Source: Paraspadella gotoi
Taxonomy: Eukaryota > Animalia > Chaetognatha
DNA: 64,000 nt
Reading direction: 5' to 3'
NCBI GenBank assembly: GCA_051294375.1
Contig: CM119269.1
Span: 13,867,166-13,931,165 of the forward strand
Shown piece by piece: positions 1 to 13,600 of this stretch. Position numbers and translations under genes: made by a program. Position 1 is the first letter of the stretch, and the number at the start of each line of letters is the position of its first letter. The notes below the pieces were generated by a model, which worked only from the letters and a program-made list of their open reading frames with translations, made no database searches and was not told the origin of the DNA.

Positions 1-374
1 TCATTAAGTTTAGTAGTCTTAATTTCCTTTTAGCATTTCTACATATAATTAATTCAATTTATTACTATAATTTGATCATAATATTGACCCAAACTGATTT
101 CAACTCTTTAATCAAAGACCCTAAATATATTCGCACTTCATATTTTCGAACTATAACAGAAATTCGTCACGTCTTGAGCGGGTCCTCCTTATTTTCTCAG
201 TCCCCAATTTCATCATAAATTTGGAATTAAGTTTTTAGATTTAAAGATTTTGTTAGGCGACCCTTTTCGGTTCTCTTGAACTTAATTTTAAACTTAATAT
301 ATGAAATTGGTACAACCAATATAAAAATTATCCATTCAGTTAATAAATAAGCTATCTTGCCCCTGACTTTGGAC
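1..374 (+). repeat. 3' part of the 5' LTR
   Basis: Near-identical to ~5620-5996, contains AATAAA, and is followed directly by TGG (primer-binding-site position). Confidence 0.7.
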
Positions 375-2339
375 TGGCTTTGGTGGTTTAAGGCAGAGAT
401 GCAGACGCGATCCGGGAGGCGGAGTGAAAACGCGCGGAGGCGCATGTTTTTTGAGGTGGCGAACTTGGACTAGAGTCAAAAATTGGGGAGAAGGGAGGCG
501 AATGCGGAGGCGCAAAAAACGTTGCGCGTTCGCCTCTTGTGCTTTTGTTTTTATAGGCGAAAATCAAAAGGTTTTTGCCAAATTAAAACCTTTTTATTGT
601 TCGAAAAATTGTTCTTTTTTTTTCAAATTGAGATAATGCTAAATTCTGAAGCGTTTATCAGCTGCCATTGGTTTTTTATTAACATATTTTTTATTAAAAA
701 AAAAATTGGTTCTGTTTATATCTATTTTAATCTAATAAGTTGTACATAGCATATATTTTATATCTTTTTCTTTTAATGCANNNNNNNNNNNNNNNNNNNN
801 NNNNNCTTCTTCTCGTGAAACTCCCGTGGAAGCGCAGGACGTCTTCAGGAGAGTCTCAGACCCTTGGAGCCACTCTATCTCCGAAGGAAGACGTCAGCCA
901 AAACGCCCAACTCCGTGAAGCGCTCCCCCGTTAGATCTCTCCAGCATCGGCACTTTTGTGGGACCCGAAGACGCGTAAACTGAGTGGCGAGACCGCTGCG
1001 GTCTGGGGGCGGTACACCGTCTGAGAGGGGCCGCCCTTGGAGTCGGAACAGCTTGGAAATAGCTTGGAAGTGAGATCGAAGCGATCAGAGCGGCGAAGCG
1101 TAGTGGAGAAAAACCGGACCCGATATGAATTGTCACATGTAAAAAAAACCTAAGAGGTAAACAACTTAGGGCGAGGAAATAAAGGAAAAACTCCCATCCC
1201 CCCTCCCTTCTCTCCCCAACCCCCTTCCCTAGGGCCACGCCAAAGCACAAAAAAAAAAAAAAAAACATGGTAGGAGAACAAAGGGGCGGACGGTGAGATC
1301 GTGGCGAGGCGGACCGATAAGAATTAATATTCCATGAGGAATTAAAATTCTCATATCGGTCCGCCTCACTCCGAAATGCGCCATGCCATGAAAGCGGTTT
1401 TATTTTCAACAAAAATATTTCTAATCGAAAAAGACAAATAAAAAAAATTGAAAATTTCCAAAAAAAAGAAAAAGAAATAGAGAAACAAAAAGAAGACGAC
1501 GGCGTTCAAAAAAAACGAGCTAAAATCCACTACGCCGCCCACGGGTAACAAACTCACCAGCTAGAGAGCGTCAAGACGCTGGAAAGACTCGCGTTAGAAA
1601 TGTCTGAAATCCTTCATCACAAGCTGTTTTAAAGCGAGATCATCGCGTGTGACAGACTCCAGTCCTCTGGGCCCGGACAGAAGGCGCGGCTGCCTGTCCC
1701 GACCGGCCCCGCCACTTGGCCCGACAGGTGGTGTAAGCAGCTTGATGCGGGCGAAACCCCCACTGGCTCGGCGCCGGCAACGGAACTGTAGGTTGTACTG
1801 GGCCGAGCCCTAAAACACTGATGGAATCGGGCTGCAGAATAACCAAGGTTATAGGGAGAGGAAGGCGTGGGGGGCGGTGGCGGCACTGCTCAGGTCCTTT
1901 TGACCTCTATATCCCACTGAGGGATCTCCATTCCCGTCCCTACGACCCAGAGACTGTCCGAACGTGATGACGGTAGATCGGGCCCCCTGCCCGAACCGTT
2001 CGATCTCTGTTATAATAAAAATTGTTATATTGGTTGAACCATTTTATATCTATGAGGTGGATTTCAGGTCGTAAAGAATCCATGATAAAAATTCGACAAA
2101 TTCACGAAAAAATCGTGCAAAAACTCCGAAGAAAACGTGATAAATAAAACGCAAAATCTAAACGGTAAGAACTCGAACTCCCATGAGCGTGAAAAAAGTA
2201 AATTGACGAGATCAAGCCGAGATAGGGAGCCCGAGGAGGATTCGGGCGGAGATTCCTTTTTCATGGTGAATCGTATTGCTATGTCTTCTCTTAAGATGTT
2301 TTTTTTTTTCTGTGTTTTTATTCTTTACTCTGATAAACG

Positions 2340-5000
2340 CTTAAAACTATCTATCGACTACCGCGAGAAACAAAAGTGCATTTTATGTGGCCATAAGCGG
2401 AGCCGGATAGAGAATATTGTCAGGTTCATTCAAGCTTAACTAAGGACTCTTTTTATAAACGATATTGTAATTTTTAGGGTGCGTTATTGCTTTAAGGATT
2501 AGTTTTAGCCAGACTTTACACAAGCAGGGACGATCATTTTATAATGATAGCGTTCTAATTCATAAGGTAGATTGTCTTATCGTAATAGAGAGATTGTGTC
2601 CCTGTAGATACGAAAACGGTGTTAGCCGCCTCGCAACAGTAAAATAAAAATTTAATCTGTTGAGGTTATTGCGCTCTTTAATAAATAGAACAAGGCACGA
2701 CAAATAGACCCTGATTCCTGTCACTCGAATCTGTCTGTAGAAAAGATCTTGATCTGACAGCAAGATGTACAGTTAATGAGATATATATAGCTAACTTGAG
2801 TAGCTGTCCGAAATTTTAAATATAAAGACCTAAAATTGTCAATTAAAATTCTCGTAAATTTTACTATCCTTAAATAGAAAAAGGCAATGATTAAACACTA
2901 AAATACCTCCAGTCAACCTTGAAATATGTGCAGAAGTTGCCACCACACCAAATACAAAACTTGACAACGTAAACTGTATAGTTACTATAGGGACTATCTA
3001 TATGGGCCTCCGACGCCGCCGAACATGTGTAACGACATTTTTTACTTAAGGGCGTGTATCGTCTTAGTCATGGATTAGTGTGAAACTCTCGGAGTGAAAC
3101 AGATCATTGACGTGTGTATGAGGAGGCCCTAGCTATGCATTCTTACTCGTTGAATTGGGTGACGTCGTACCGCAAGACTGAGGCAGCTCGGAAGGCGGAG
3201 ATCAATACACCGCCGGCATACACGCGTCAGTTGGGGTGGAAGGAACATAGCAAGCGTAAACGTGTATTTGTGAGGTTGTACTTAAAGAAGTTAATTTGTT
3301 TATGAGTTATGATGGTGCGCTCTCTCAGTGTGGACGCAGACAAAAGTCCTCGTGAAAACCATGCTCGAGTCCACGCTGAGCAGAAGCACATGACCCGCCC
3401 GAGCGGCGCGACAGCTTTTGTCTGCACGGCATTCTCTGATGGGCTATATTGTATAAGAATGGAAAAGGTATGGAAAAAGAGGACGGAAGTGAAAAGAGGA
3501 AGTGGGAGAAGTGAAAATAGAGAGGGAAAGAGAGTTTAAAGATATAACGAGAAAAAAAACTATATTGAAAAATGATGTAGAAAAATAAGAGCTGCTAATA
3601 ACTTTTGGCTTGATGTTGTTGGTGAACGATTCCGTTGACTGCTGATTGAGGTTGTGCTCCTATTCGATTGAAGGCTCTGTCCGCACTGGCCACACGATAG
3701 AGAGAATCCCTGCAATAAAACTTTTTCCGCCACCATGATATTACGTGTAAGCCAAGACAACCTAGCGCGTCCATCCAATACTAGATGTAATTATTATTTC
3801 ACTTTGGTATGTGGTTTCCCTATGTCTACGTCTTTAACATGAGCTAATTTAAGTTGTCGAATTCTTTTTCATTTATGATCGCCTTAAAACAGAGTCGGAC
3901 GCAGGACCAAAGTTTCTCTCGAATACTCTCGCATTTCTCTTTTCCCTTTTTGCTACTTTAACCCGGCCAGGTGCACTCTAATGCGGCACTGGTTTTTTTT
4001 AGGAAATTTGTTGGCGTTAAGGTGAATACTCTCTTAGCCTACAACATATAAAATGGGGTTAGCATTCCTTGGACGGAACTCGTCTCTTGCACATAATATC
4101 GCCCGTGAGGCTTAAACAATCCCTTGAATTCTTGCAAAATTGGAATCGTGAAACACTTTATTGTGACAATTAAACTCCTTTTAGAAGTGACTCTCAAGGC
4201 GGATTGCGTTATCATTGAAGTTCGGAAGCTTATGCCTAACAGTTGCTTGACAAAACATTCCCGAGTCTATGTTACACTGTTAAGGGCACACATCGAAGTA
4301 GAAAAGTTAATTAAAGAACTGAGCACAAAAAAAAATATCTTTCGTAGTTTGGCCTGGTGTGAGTACGCATCTCTTCTAAATCTCAAATCAATAATTTGAA
4401 TTGCTGATTTATTTCAAATCTCTGATTGATGTTTAACACGAAATTCGTGAGTGATAATAAGCTTTAGATTATTGATTTAGTTGGATTTAAAAAAAAAAAA
4501 AGTAGAAAATTCGTTCTCGCAATGTTTTTGTCGACCATCCCCTAAAGTCCCGCCTTATGGTACCACCTCATAATTCTGGATTTCACGGGTTTTTTTCGGA
4601 GTGATCCCAAATATAAAGTAACCCGTAATCCAAAAGCATGGTTCGAGAGGAGAGATCTGTAATAGGAATAAGACAAAAAGAAATAAGCTCTAGATAAGCA
4701 AGAAGGAAATCTTAGAAATGTTATTAACTATCGATTCAAACCTAAATATTTTTATTATTATTTTGGCTTAGATTTCCAAAAAATCAAACATCTTCTTTGT
4801 TAAAAGATGCAATTAGTTATTCAACCATATATTTATCTTTATCATCATTTCATAAAACTCTGCTAATATGATATCACAATTTATTCTTAAGGACTCCATG
4901 GTATAAATATTGAATTATTCATCATTCTTACAATAGGAGTCACACGCAACCAATCCGTGAGTTGAGGATTGCAGTGTAACATCTGACTTGGCAAGATCTT
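2340..5000 (+). pseudogene. Disrupted pol (PR-RT-RNaseH-IN) of the Gypsy-like element
   Basis: Motif remnants fall in different frames with many stops and indels, and there is no long ORF. The damage could be real decay or raw long-read error. Confidence 0.6.
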
Positions 5001-5278
5001 CTTTCTGACAAGATCGAAGAATCATATAAAAAACACGTTGTGACCTTGTATGCCAATTTCAGTTAAAAAACCAATCTGAAATAGTAGTGTTTGTTGAACA
5101 TAACAGTAGTGCTTCAGTTTGAAAGCTTTGCCGCGTGAGATCGAGCGAGACAAATGTTGACGACTCGTCCATAATAGTTTAGGGCGTGAAGAATACCTCT
5201 ATTCAGTTTCTAGAAGCAGAACTACGCGTCGGGAAAGGTCTGGAAGAATGAAGAAAAAACAGTTGCGTGGCCCAATGT

Positions 5279-5996
5279 TGTCGCAGCGGCAAAATCAATC
5301 TTGCCTAGAGGAAGAACGTTAACGAGCAATCGGGATAGTTTGCTTTGTGTGGAGCCTCCTCACTCGTCTCTTGCTTTATCCGCCTCCCTCTGCTCCTATC
5401 ATTCAAGCCTTTCATGTTGTCTATTCCGATCTGACACTACTCGTCGTTTATGTTTCCGTTAGTTTTTTTCAAATTTCATTCAATTACAGTTTTACTTTTC
5501 ATTAATTTCATCTTGCAACTTCGCATGTCAATTCATATTTACATTTGATTTCCCCAACTCTGCCTCAGGTAGATTGCTTCATCCAATTCATTCATTCCTT
5601 CATTTATTCATTTATTCATGTAAGTTTAGTAGTCTTAATTTCCTTTTAGCATTTCTACATATAATTAATTCAATTTATTACTATAATTGATTGATATATA
5701 TATGTAACCCAAACTGATATTCTATCACACTCTTTAATCAAAGACCCTAAATATATTCGCACTTCATATTTTCGAACTATAACAGAAATTCGTCACGTCT
5801 TGACGGGTCTCCTTATTTTCTCAGTCCCCAATTTCATCATAAATTTGGAATTAAGTTTTTAGATTTAAAGATTTTGTTAGGCGACCCTTTTCGGTTCTCT
5901 TGAACTTAATTTTAAACTTAATATATGAAATTGGTACAACCAATATAAAAATTATCCATTCAGTTAATAAAAGCTATCTTGCCCCTGACTTTGACA
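5279..5996 (+). repeat. 3' LTR (~720 bp; TGTC...GACA termini)
   Basis: Ends in TTTGACA at 5996, where similarity to the 5' copy stops; AATAAA at ~5966. The start is inferred only from a matching TGTC at 5279. Confidence 0.55.
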
Positions 5997-6264
5997 GCCT
6001 TTCTGTGTTTAGAGGCCTCCATTCACTCTTACAAAGAAATAAATAGCAGGGTTCCCTGAAAGCTTTCAAGAGGTTCCAAATAAATCCTCGAAAGTGACCT
6101 TTACACTCTTCCTCACCAGTTCCCGTTCTTCACTCCCAGAGTACCTGGCTGATCCCTGTCAATGAAAGGGAGTGCAGAAGTGAGTGTTTATTGAAAGATT
6201 TATTGAGGTGGTTCAAGGGACGTCTCAGCGAATGTTTCAATTGTCATGAGGAAAAACCACTCCC

Positions 6265-6378
6265 TATTATATATTATATAACCCTAATCTCTAACCCAAT
6301 TCCTACTCCTTTACCTAATCCTTAAACCTTATATAAGTAGGAATTGGGTTAGAGATTAGGGTTATATAATATATAATA
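6265..6378. repeat. Perfect 43-bp inverted repeat with a 28-nt spacer
   Basis: 6265-6307 (tattatatattatataaccctaatctctaacccaattcctact) is the exact reverse complement of 6336-6378. Confidence 0.9.
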
Positions 6379-8471
6379 TATATTAAGTTTAAAATTAAGT
6401 TCAAGAGAACAGAAAAGGGTCGCCTTTGGAAAAAAAAACCTAACGTTCCGCTCGCTTGACACTCACCTGAGATTCTCCGCGAATCGAGAGAAAAGAAAAG
6501 AGGAAAACGTGACACAAAATCAATCGAGTTAATTGCCTCAAATCCATTTTCACTACTTTTTTTTTTTCTTGTGTTTCGTTTTTGTTTTTGATCGAGATGA
6601 AGTCGCGGATAGAGAGAGAGTCGCTGATGGAGATATAGTCGCTCACGGATATTGAGTCATTGAGGGAGACAAGAGTCACTGACAGAGACGGAGTCACCGA
6701 TTTAGCCCGAAGAAAATCATCTATGGAATTTTATTCTCACGAATGGAATCTTTTTTTTCTTCTTCAATCCTTCATTTCTCTTTCGCGTTTGTCGCCTAAA
6801 GTTTTTTTTTTCGCGCGAGTCTTTTGTATGACTTCAGTTTTCTGATTTTTTTTTGTTGTTTGTTTTCGTTTTGTTTTCTTTCGTTGATCGTCGTCGTCGT
6901 CGTCGTCGTTGTCGTCGTCGTTTTCTTCGTCGTCGTCGTTGTCGTCGTCGAGATCCTTGAATCGAGGAACTGTAAAAAAAATAAGGTTTTTTTTTNNNNN
7001 NNNNNNNNNNNNNNNNNNNNNNNNNNNNNNNNNNNNNNNNNNNNNNNNNNNNNNNNNNNNNNNNNNNNNNNNNNNNNNNNNNNNNNNNNNNNNNNNNNNN
7101 NNNNNNNNNNNNNNNNNNNNNNNNNNNNNNNNNNNNNNNNNNNNNNNNNNNNNNNNNNNNNNNNNNNNNNNNNNNNNNNNNNNNNNNNNNNNNNNNNNNN
7201 NNNNNNNNNNNNNNNNNNNNNNNNNNNNNNNNNNNNNNNNNNCTTTCTTGTCGCCTCTTCTTTTTTTCTGCCAACGCGACTTTATATATTTTATTACATA
7301 TTTATTTACGTTTCTTTCGTGACTATATAATTTTTAAAATATTAAAGTAATAACAAAGTTTTTTTTTTTGAAACACTGGTACAGAATGCGATGCTGTTGG
7401 ACACAGTAGTCAGTTATCTAGGGTTAAGATTAATCGGGGTTTGCTGGAGTGATAAGACTTATTCGAGCAGGGCAAAAAAAAGAAGAAAAAAGTGAGCGTT
7501 TTTTATTTTTTCAATCTAGGGCGTTATATAGCGGCTTTCCGGGTTTGTGAAGAATCAGATAAAAGATTAATTAAAACGAGCACTTCAAATTTTCTTAAAA
7601 TTTTTTTTTTCTTCTTTTTATTTTATTTTCTATTTTATTTTTTGAAAACCAGAAAATAAAATCGAGATTTTGTCCGAAAAAAAAGTGACTTATGAATTCC
7701 TGTAAAGTTTTCTTTTTTTTTAAATTATTTCTTAAAAGTGAAATCGACGTCTTGTTTATCTTAAGAAAAGAAAAAAATGTTTGTAAACTAAGAGGCAAAA
7801 AGTTCTTAACGTCCCTATTGCTATTTAATCAACCGAAAAGTATGTTCCTATAGAAAAACAGAAGGGGAAAATAATTCGTGGCGGAAAAAAAAAGGGGGAA
7901 AATATACTATATATTAAAAGAAGGATGGAAATGCCGAGATATTTTTAAGTATGAAAATATGCGAGAGAAAATTGTACGAGACGGCATATCTTAAAAAAAA
8001 AAAAAAAAAAGAAAAGTACTGCCCCGCAGAAAAAGTGATCCGGAAAAAAAAGCAGGAAAACCTGTTTTTGTTTATAAACTTCTTTCGATGGTATTTAGAA
8101 GCGCATTTGAAAAGATTTGTTTAAAATATTTTATTTCGTAAATATTTGATCGAAGTGAAAAAGTGAAAAAAGGAAAAAAAAAAAAAAAACCCGACGTGAA
8201 TTCGTCGACTGGATTATTCCTCCGAGTGCGTGAGGCTCGTCGATGAAGAATGTAGTAGTTTCGTATTAAATATTAAAATAGTACAAATAAAGATTATTTC
8301 ATGAAAGATGAAATTTATTAATCACAGTAGAACAAACCCTTTCAATTTAAAATAATTACTGGCTCTATTTTAAAAGATTTTTCAAAAATGTAAAAAAATT
8401 GATTAAGAGTGTTCACATTTCATTTTAGAATTTTAGAAATACGCGCGTGAGAGTGAGAGAGAAAGAGAGAG

Positions 8472-8534
<63 letters not shown>

Positions 8535-8782
8535 GAGAGAAAGAGAGAAAGAGAGAGAGTACGAGGGTAAATAGGGTAAGAGAGTAAGTGGTTTGAAGTT
8601 AGGGAGAAGAAAACCGGAGGAGGAGGATGAGGAGGAGGAGGTGGAGGAAGAATAGAAGGTGGAAGAGGATGAGGATGAGGAGGAGGAGGAAGAGGATGAA
8701 AAGGAGGAAGAGGATCTACCAACTCCATGAATCTAATAGAATCATTAAATCTGAATTATAATTGGAATTGAGACAAGGGAGG

Positions 8783-8854
<72 letters not shown>

Positions 8855-9763
8855 AAGAGAAAAGGGAGCGTTATGATAAGAAATTAGTTTTAATACTTTA
8901 CAATTATGATATTTTCCAACTCATATTCAAACAAATTTTCCGTATGTTTTCCCTTATTTCTGTTTTTAAAAATATCTTGAAAAATATTTGAACTTCTTTT
9001 TGATTATCATTTTTATGCCGATCGAGTAAAATGGTTTTTTTTTCACAAAAAACGAGATAAAAATAGATACAAAAAAAAAGTTTGTTGTACCTGATATAAA
9101 ATTTTGTGAGCGAAAATCAAAGACTAATTTAAAGTAGGCACATTTCATGGATTGGAAGGGTGAAGGGAGCGGACAGGGGAGAGAGGGCAGAGAGAGAAAG
9201 GGCAAAGGAGAGAGGGCAGAGAAGGAAGGGCAGGGGATAGAGGGCAGAGAAGAGAAGGAAGGAGAGAAAGGAAAAGCCAGAAAGATGGCAAATGAGGGAA
9301 GACAAACCATAGAGGAGAAAGCAGGGGAGAGGGAGCATGGGAGAGAGGGCTGGGTAGAGGTGGGGAGAAAGGCCAGAAAAGAGAAAGCAGGAAAGAGAGG
9401 GCATGAAAGAAAGGGCAAGTGCCAATACGATCAGCGGCCATCGAAAAAAAAATCACGTTTAACGAAGTTCAAAGAGAGAGAAACGGTCGGCCTCCCTCCG
9501 CGGGGTGCCATCGGAAAAATGGAGATGATGAGTAGAGATCCATGGTGCGTTTCATCTGAAGATGGTTAAATCACGGGGTGTGAGAATATAGAATGTAAAA
9601 TAGAGTAGTATTTGGAACGACGACGACAATGACGACGACGATCGGTAAATTCGTACTTAACCTAAAAATCTTTTTTTATACTACATACAAAATTTCTCAC
9701 TTTCTCTCCCTGTCTCTTCCTTTTTTTCTCTTTCTTTCACTCTCTCTCCCCCTCTCTTTTTTC

Positions 9764-9810
<47 letters not shown>

Positions 9811-9977
9811 CTCCTCTCCTTCTCTCTCTCTCTCTCTCTCATTCACCCAGGTCGCCCACCCGCCAGTGTTGAATCGAACTCAGGAAAAAAGGGCGGCCTT
9901 TGATCCGGCGTAATTCACAAAGAATTGAGCTGATTATTTTTTATGTGATTATTAGGTGATCTGTTTCTTTCCTTTTC

Positions 9978-10012
<35 letters not shown>

Positions 10013-10831
10013 NNNNNNNNNNNNNNNNNNNNNNNNNNNNNNNNNNNNNNNNNNNNNNNNNNNNNNNNNNNNNNNNNNNNNNNNNNNNNNNNNNNNNNNN
10101 NNNNNNNNNNNNNNNNNNNNNNNNNNNNNNNNNNNNNNNNNNNNNNNNNNNNNNNNNNNNNNNNNNNNNNNNNNNNNNNNNNNNNNNNNNNNNNNNNNNN
10201 NNNNNNNNNNNNNNNNNNNNNNNNNNNNNNNNNNNNNNNNNNNNNNNNNNNNNNNNNNNNNNNNNNNNNNNNNNNNNNNNNNNNNNNNNNNNNNNNNNNN
10301 NNNNNNNNNNNNNNNNNNNNNNNNNNNNNNNNNNNNNNNNNNNNNNNNNNNNNNNNNNNNNNNNNNNNNNNNNNNNNNNNNNNNNNNNNNNNNNNNNNNN
10401 NNNNNNNNNNNNNNNNNNNNNNNNNNNNNNNNNNNNNNNNNNNNNNNNNNNNNNNNNNNNNNNNNNNNNNNNNNNNNNNNNNNNNNNNNNNNNNNNNNNN
10501 NNNNNNNNNNNNNNNNNNNNNNNNNNNNNNNNNNNNNNNNNNNNNNNNNNNNNNNNNNNNNNNNNNNNNNNNNNNNNNNNNNNNNNNNNNNNNNNNNNNN
10601 NNNNNNNNNNNNNNNNNNNNNNNNNNNNNNNNNNNNNNNNNNNNNNNNNNNNNNNNNNNNNNNNNNNNNNNNNNNNNNNNNNNNNNNNNNNNNNNNNNNN
10701 NNNNNNNNNNNNNNNNNNNNNNNNNNNNNNNNNNNNNNNNNNNNNNNNNNNNNNNNNNNNNNNNNNNNNNNNNNNNNNNNNNNNNNNNNNNNNNNNNNNN
10801 NNNNNNNNNNNNNNNNNNNNNNNNNNNNNNN

Positions 10832-10865
<34 letters not shown>

Positions 10866-11479
10866 TGGGAGAACTCAACACTGGGCGACGGATAGAGAGT
10901 GAGATAGAAGGACCTGCAATTCTCAGGCGTTGTGTCGCCTTTGCTATATTGCACTTATCATTTGTTTTCTTTTAGTCTCGTTTCAAACCTCATTTGCATA
11001 TTTATTTTTTTTTTTAAGTATCGAGTTATAAAGAAAATGATTATTTTTTTTCATTTTAAATATCGTCACTTCACAAGAATGAAACTCTTACTTACAAAGT
11101 GGTTTGTGCGAAAATAGGGTAAGCGGAATAGACAAGCAAAGAGAAAGACAAGCAGACAGACAGACAGACACAGACAGACAGACAGACGGGTAAAAAAAAT
11201 TTGACTGAGAAAAAGTTTCATGGGTTCAACTTGAAAGAAGCGCAAAAGAAAAATTGATTAAAAGAAGAAAGAATCGGAAGGTGGATCGAATTCTGCAGAC
11301 GAGATATAAGAAGATGAGGTTGAAGAAAGAGGAAGTTGAGTTGAGAAGAGAGGATGAATAAAATAAGACCAGAGATGAGCCTATAAAATGGAATATTATA
11401 AGGGCTGAGAAGTTAAGAGAAAAATATAACTTGGAAGGGATGACGTATGAAATGTCGCAATAGATGAAAGAGATGAGAA

Positions 11480-12000
11480 AGGAGAAGGGATGAAATAAGA
11501 AAACCTGGTTGAAAAGATGGGAAAATAATTTATAAGGAGAAGGGATGAAATAGGAAAACCTGGGTGAGAAGATGGGAAGATAATTTGAAAGGGGAAGTGA
11601 TGAAATAAAACCTGGGTGAAAAGATGGGAAGATAATTTNNNNNNNNNNNNNNNNNNNNNNNNNNNNNNNNNNNNNNNNNNNNNNNNNNNNNNNNNNNNNN
11701 NNNNNNNNNNNNNNNNNNNNNNNNNNNNNNNNNNNNNNNNNNNNNNNNNNNNNNNNNNNNNNNNNNNNNNNNNNNNNNNNNNNNNNNNNNNNNNNNNNNN
11801 NNNNNNNNNNNNNNNNNNNNNNNNNNNNNNNNNNNNNNNNNNNNNNNNNNNNNNNNNNNNNNNNNNNNNNNNNNNNNNNNNNNNNNNNNNNNNNNNNNNN
11901 NNNNNNNNNNNNNNNNNNNNNNNGATGAAATAAAACCTGGGTGAAAAGATGGGAAGATAATTTGAAAGGGGAAGTGATGAAATTAAACCTGGGTGAGAAG
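11480..12000. repeat. ~52-bp minisatellite spanning a gap
   Basis: Unit GATGAAATAAAACCTGGGTGAAAAGATGGGAAGATAATTTGAAAGGGGAAGT recurs on both sides of the N run. Confidence 0.85.
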
Positions 12001-12029
12001 NNNNNNNNNNGGATCGCGTCTCAGACGAA

Positions 12030-12046
12030 GCCCCGCCCACTTCCGG
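12030..12046. promoter_or_regulatory. Possible promoter element: GC box next to an ETS site
   Basis: GCCCCGCCC directly followed by ACTTCCGG in a short GC-rich patch. No associated transcript could be identified. Confidence 0.25.
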
Positions 12047-12072
12047 TGGAAAAATTCGAGGGGGAAATCCGC

Positions 12073-12151
<79 letters not shown>

Positions 12152-12656
12152 CTACGTGGGCAGGAACTTTGTCGACTGTTTATCTGTCGACTATTTTTGA
12201 CCAAAGAAGCATCTTTTTTCTGTATTTTAATGGAAAAAAAATCGCGTTTGTATAAGAACATAATAAATAGATACTAAAATACTAAAATTGACTTTTTACC
12301 CAACTCTGACCTCTCTCTCTCTTGCACCTTCATTCCTATCGTGTTAATGACAGAAGTTGTTGAGTTGTAAGGAAACTTTTTTTAATTCAATTTACATATT
12401 GTAACAGATTAGATTATCTCCCACAAAGAGAAATTCTTTTTTTAGGGATTTTATGTCAGTGAGACTTTAAATGAGATTTCATCATGAGCTTTACAACTGG
12501 AAGCATTTTCTTATATTAAAAGTTTGAACGATGATTGTTTATGTTAAACTTATTATCATGACCACGTGAGACGCCACGGCTGTCGTCGTCGTCGTCGTCG
12601 TCGTCGTCTATATTTCTTGTGGTCGTCGATTTCTGAAAGATGGAAGAAGGACGATA

Positions 12657-12696
<40 letters not shown>

Positions 12697-12875
12697 AGGC
12701 TAAGATGGTACAGACGTTGAGTGATGCTTTATGAATGTAAATTAACGACGACAACAACAACAACGACAACAACAACGATGACGATGGAATCAACGAAGAT
12801 GATAAAAAACAAAAATAAAAACAAAACAAAACAGTTTTTTTTTATTCCAAAATGAAAGATGACGTCGATAATGAA

Positions 12876-12917
<42 letters not shown>

Positions 12918-13600
12918 AACGACGACGTAAGAAGAAAATAAAAGCGACGATGTAGCGTGAAAATCTTGGGACCGTGAGGGAGTGAGGCCGTGACAAACGA
13001 CGCCCGTGAGTTTTCATGACTCTGCGCGCGTGAAGACTGACGAGGATGAAGTGGGTGAACGAATTGTGTGAACCGATCGTGAAATGAGGGGAGGAGGGCT
13101 GAGGACTGTGAGGAGTGAGGCGAAAGGAAGAAGTGAAAATGTGAGGGGGAAAAGGACAAAGGAAAAAGATGAGAGGTAAAAGAAAAAGAAACCAATTCAT
13201 GTGACAATACTTGTGAACTGTGAATCGCTTGTTAAAGAGTTGAAAAGTTTAGTGATACGGTATTAGTGGTTCTATATTTGTAGATTTAAATCATATATAT
13301 GAAAATCGTTATACTACGAAAAATTTTTTATGTTTGTATAGTTTTTAAATCTGAATATAACTGATGTTCAAAAAAGATGACATTTGAAAAAGATGAACAA
13401 AAAGATGACAGACGAAAAAGATGACAGATGTAAAAGATGATAGACTAAAACTAAAGCCCAAGGTTGTCTTTCTCATAAATAAATTAAATAAATCGATTTA
13501 AATAAAATGATAGGCACTTTTTCGTCTAGTTGAACTTTGTTTCGCAGTTTTAAAGAGTTTTAAACTCGTTTAAAATATTCGTCATTTATACTAAAAAATT

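Larger units (their letters stand above)
1..5996 (+). mobile_element. Degenerate Ty3/Gypsy-like LTR retrotransposon (5' LTR cut by the window start)
   Basis: Direct repeat: 1-~372 matches ~5620-5993. Between the repeats, frameshifted plus-strand pol motif remnants lie in Gypsy order: protease-like ISGA (~2390), RT-like LNTKIPP (~2890) / MGL (~3002) / VLVMD (~3061) / DH.RVYEEAL (~3105), RNase H-like VCTAFSDG (~3420) and NEKKNY..ELL (~3545-3597), integrase-like WYHLIILDFTG (~4558), LLTIDS..ARFPKNQT (~4720) and W..IIHHSYNRSH (~4898-4945). Confidence 0.7.

Noticed and set aside
4020-4130. Minus-strand GRYYVQETSSVQGML resembling a TERT/Penelope or viral polymerase motif B
   Set aside because: There are no flanking polymerase motifs in order, and the plus strand explains the region as Gypsy pol.
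8234-8258. Similarity to the 5.8S rRNA motif CGATGAAGAACGTAGC
   Set aside because: Only a ~16-nt imperfect match, with no flanking rRNA similarity.
9851-9909. Exon-like 59-nt block with a CAG acceptor and GTAATT donor
   Set aside because: A plausible exon, but no partner exons or recognisable protein could be linked to it.
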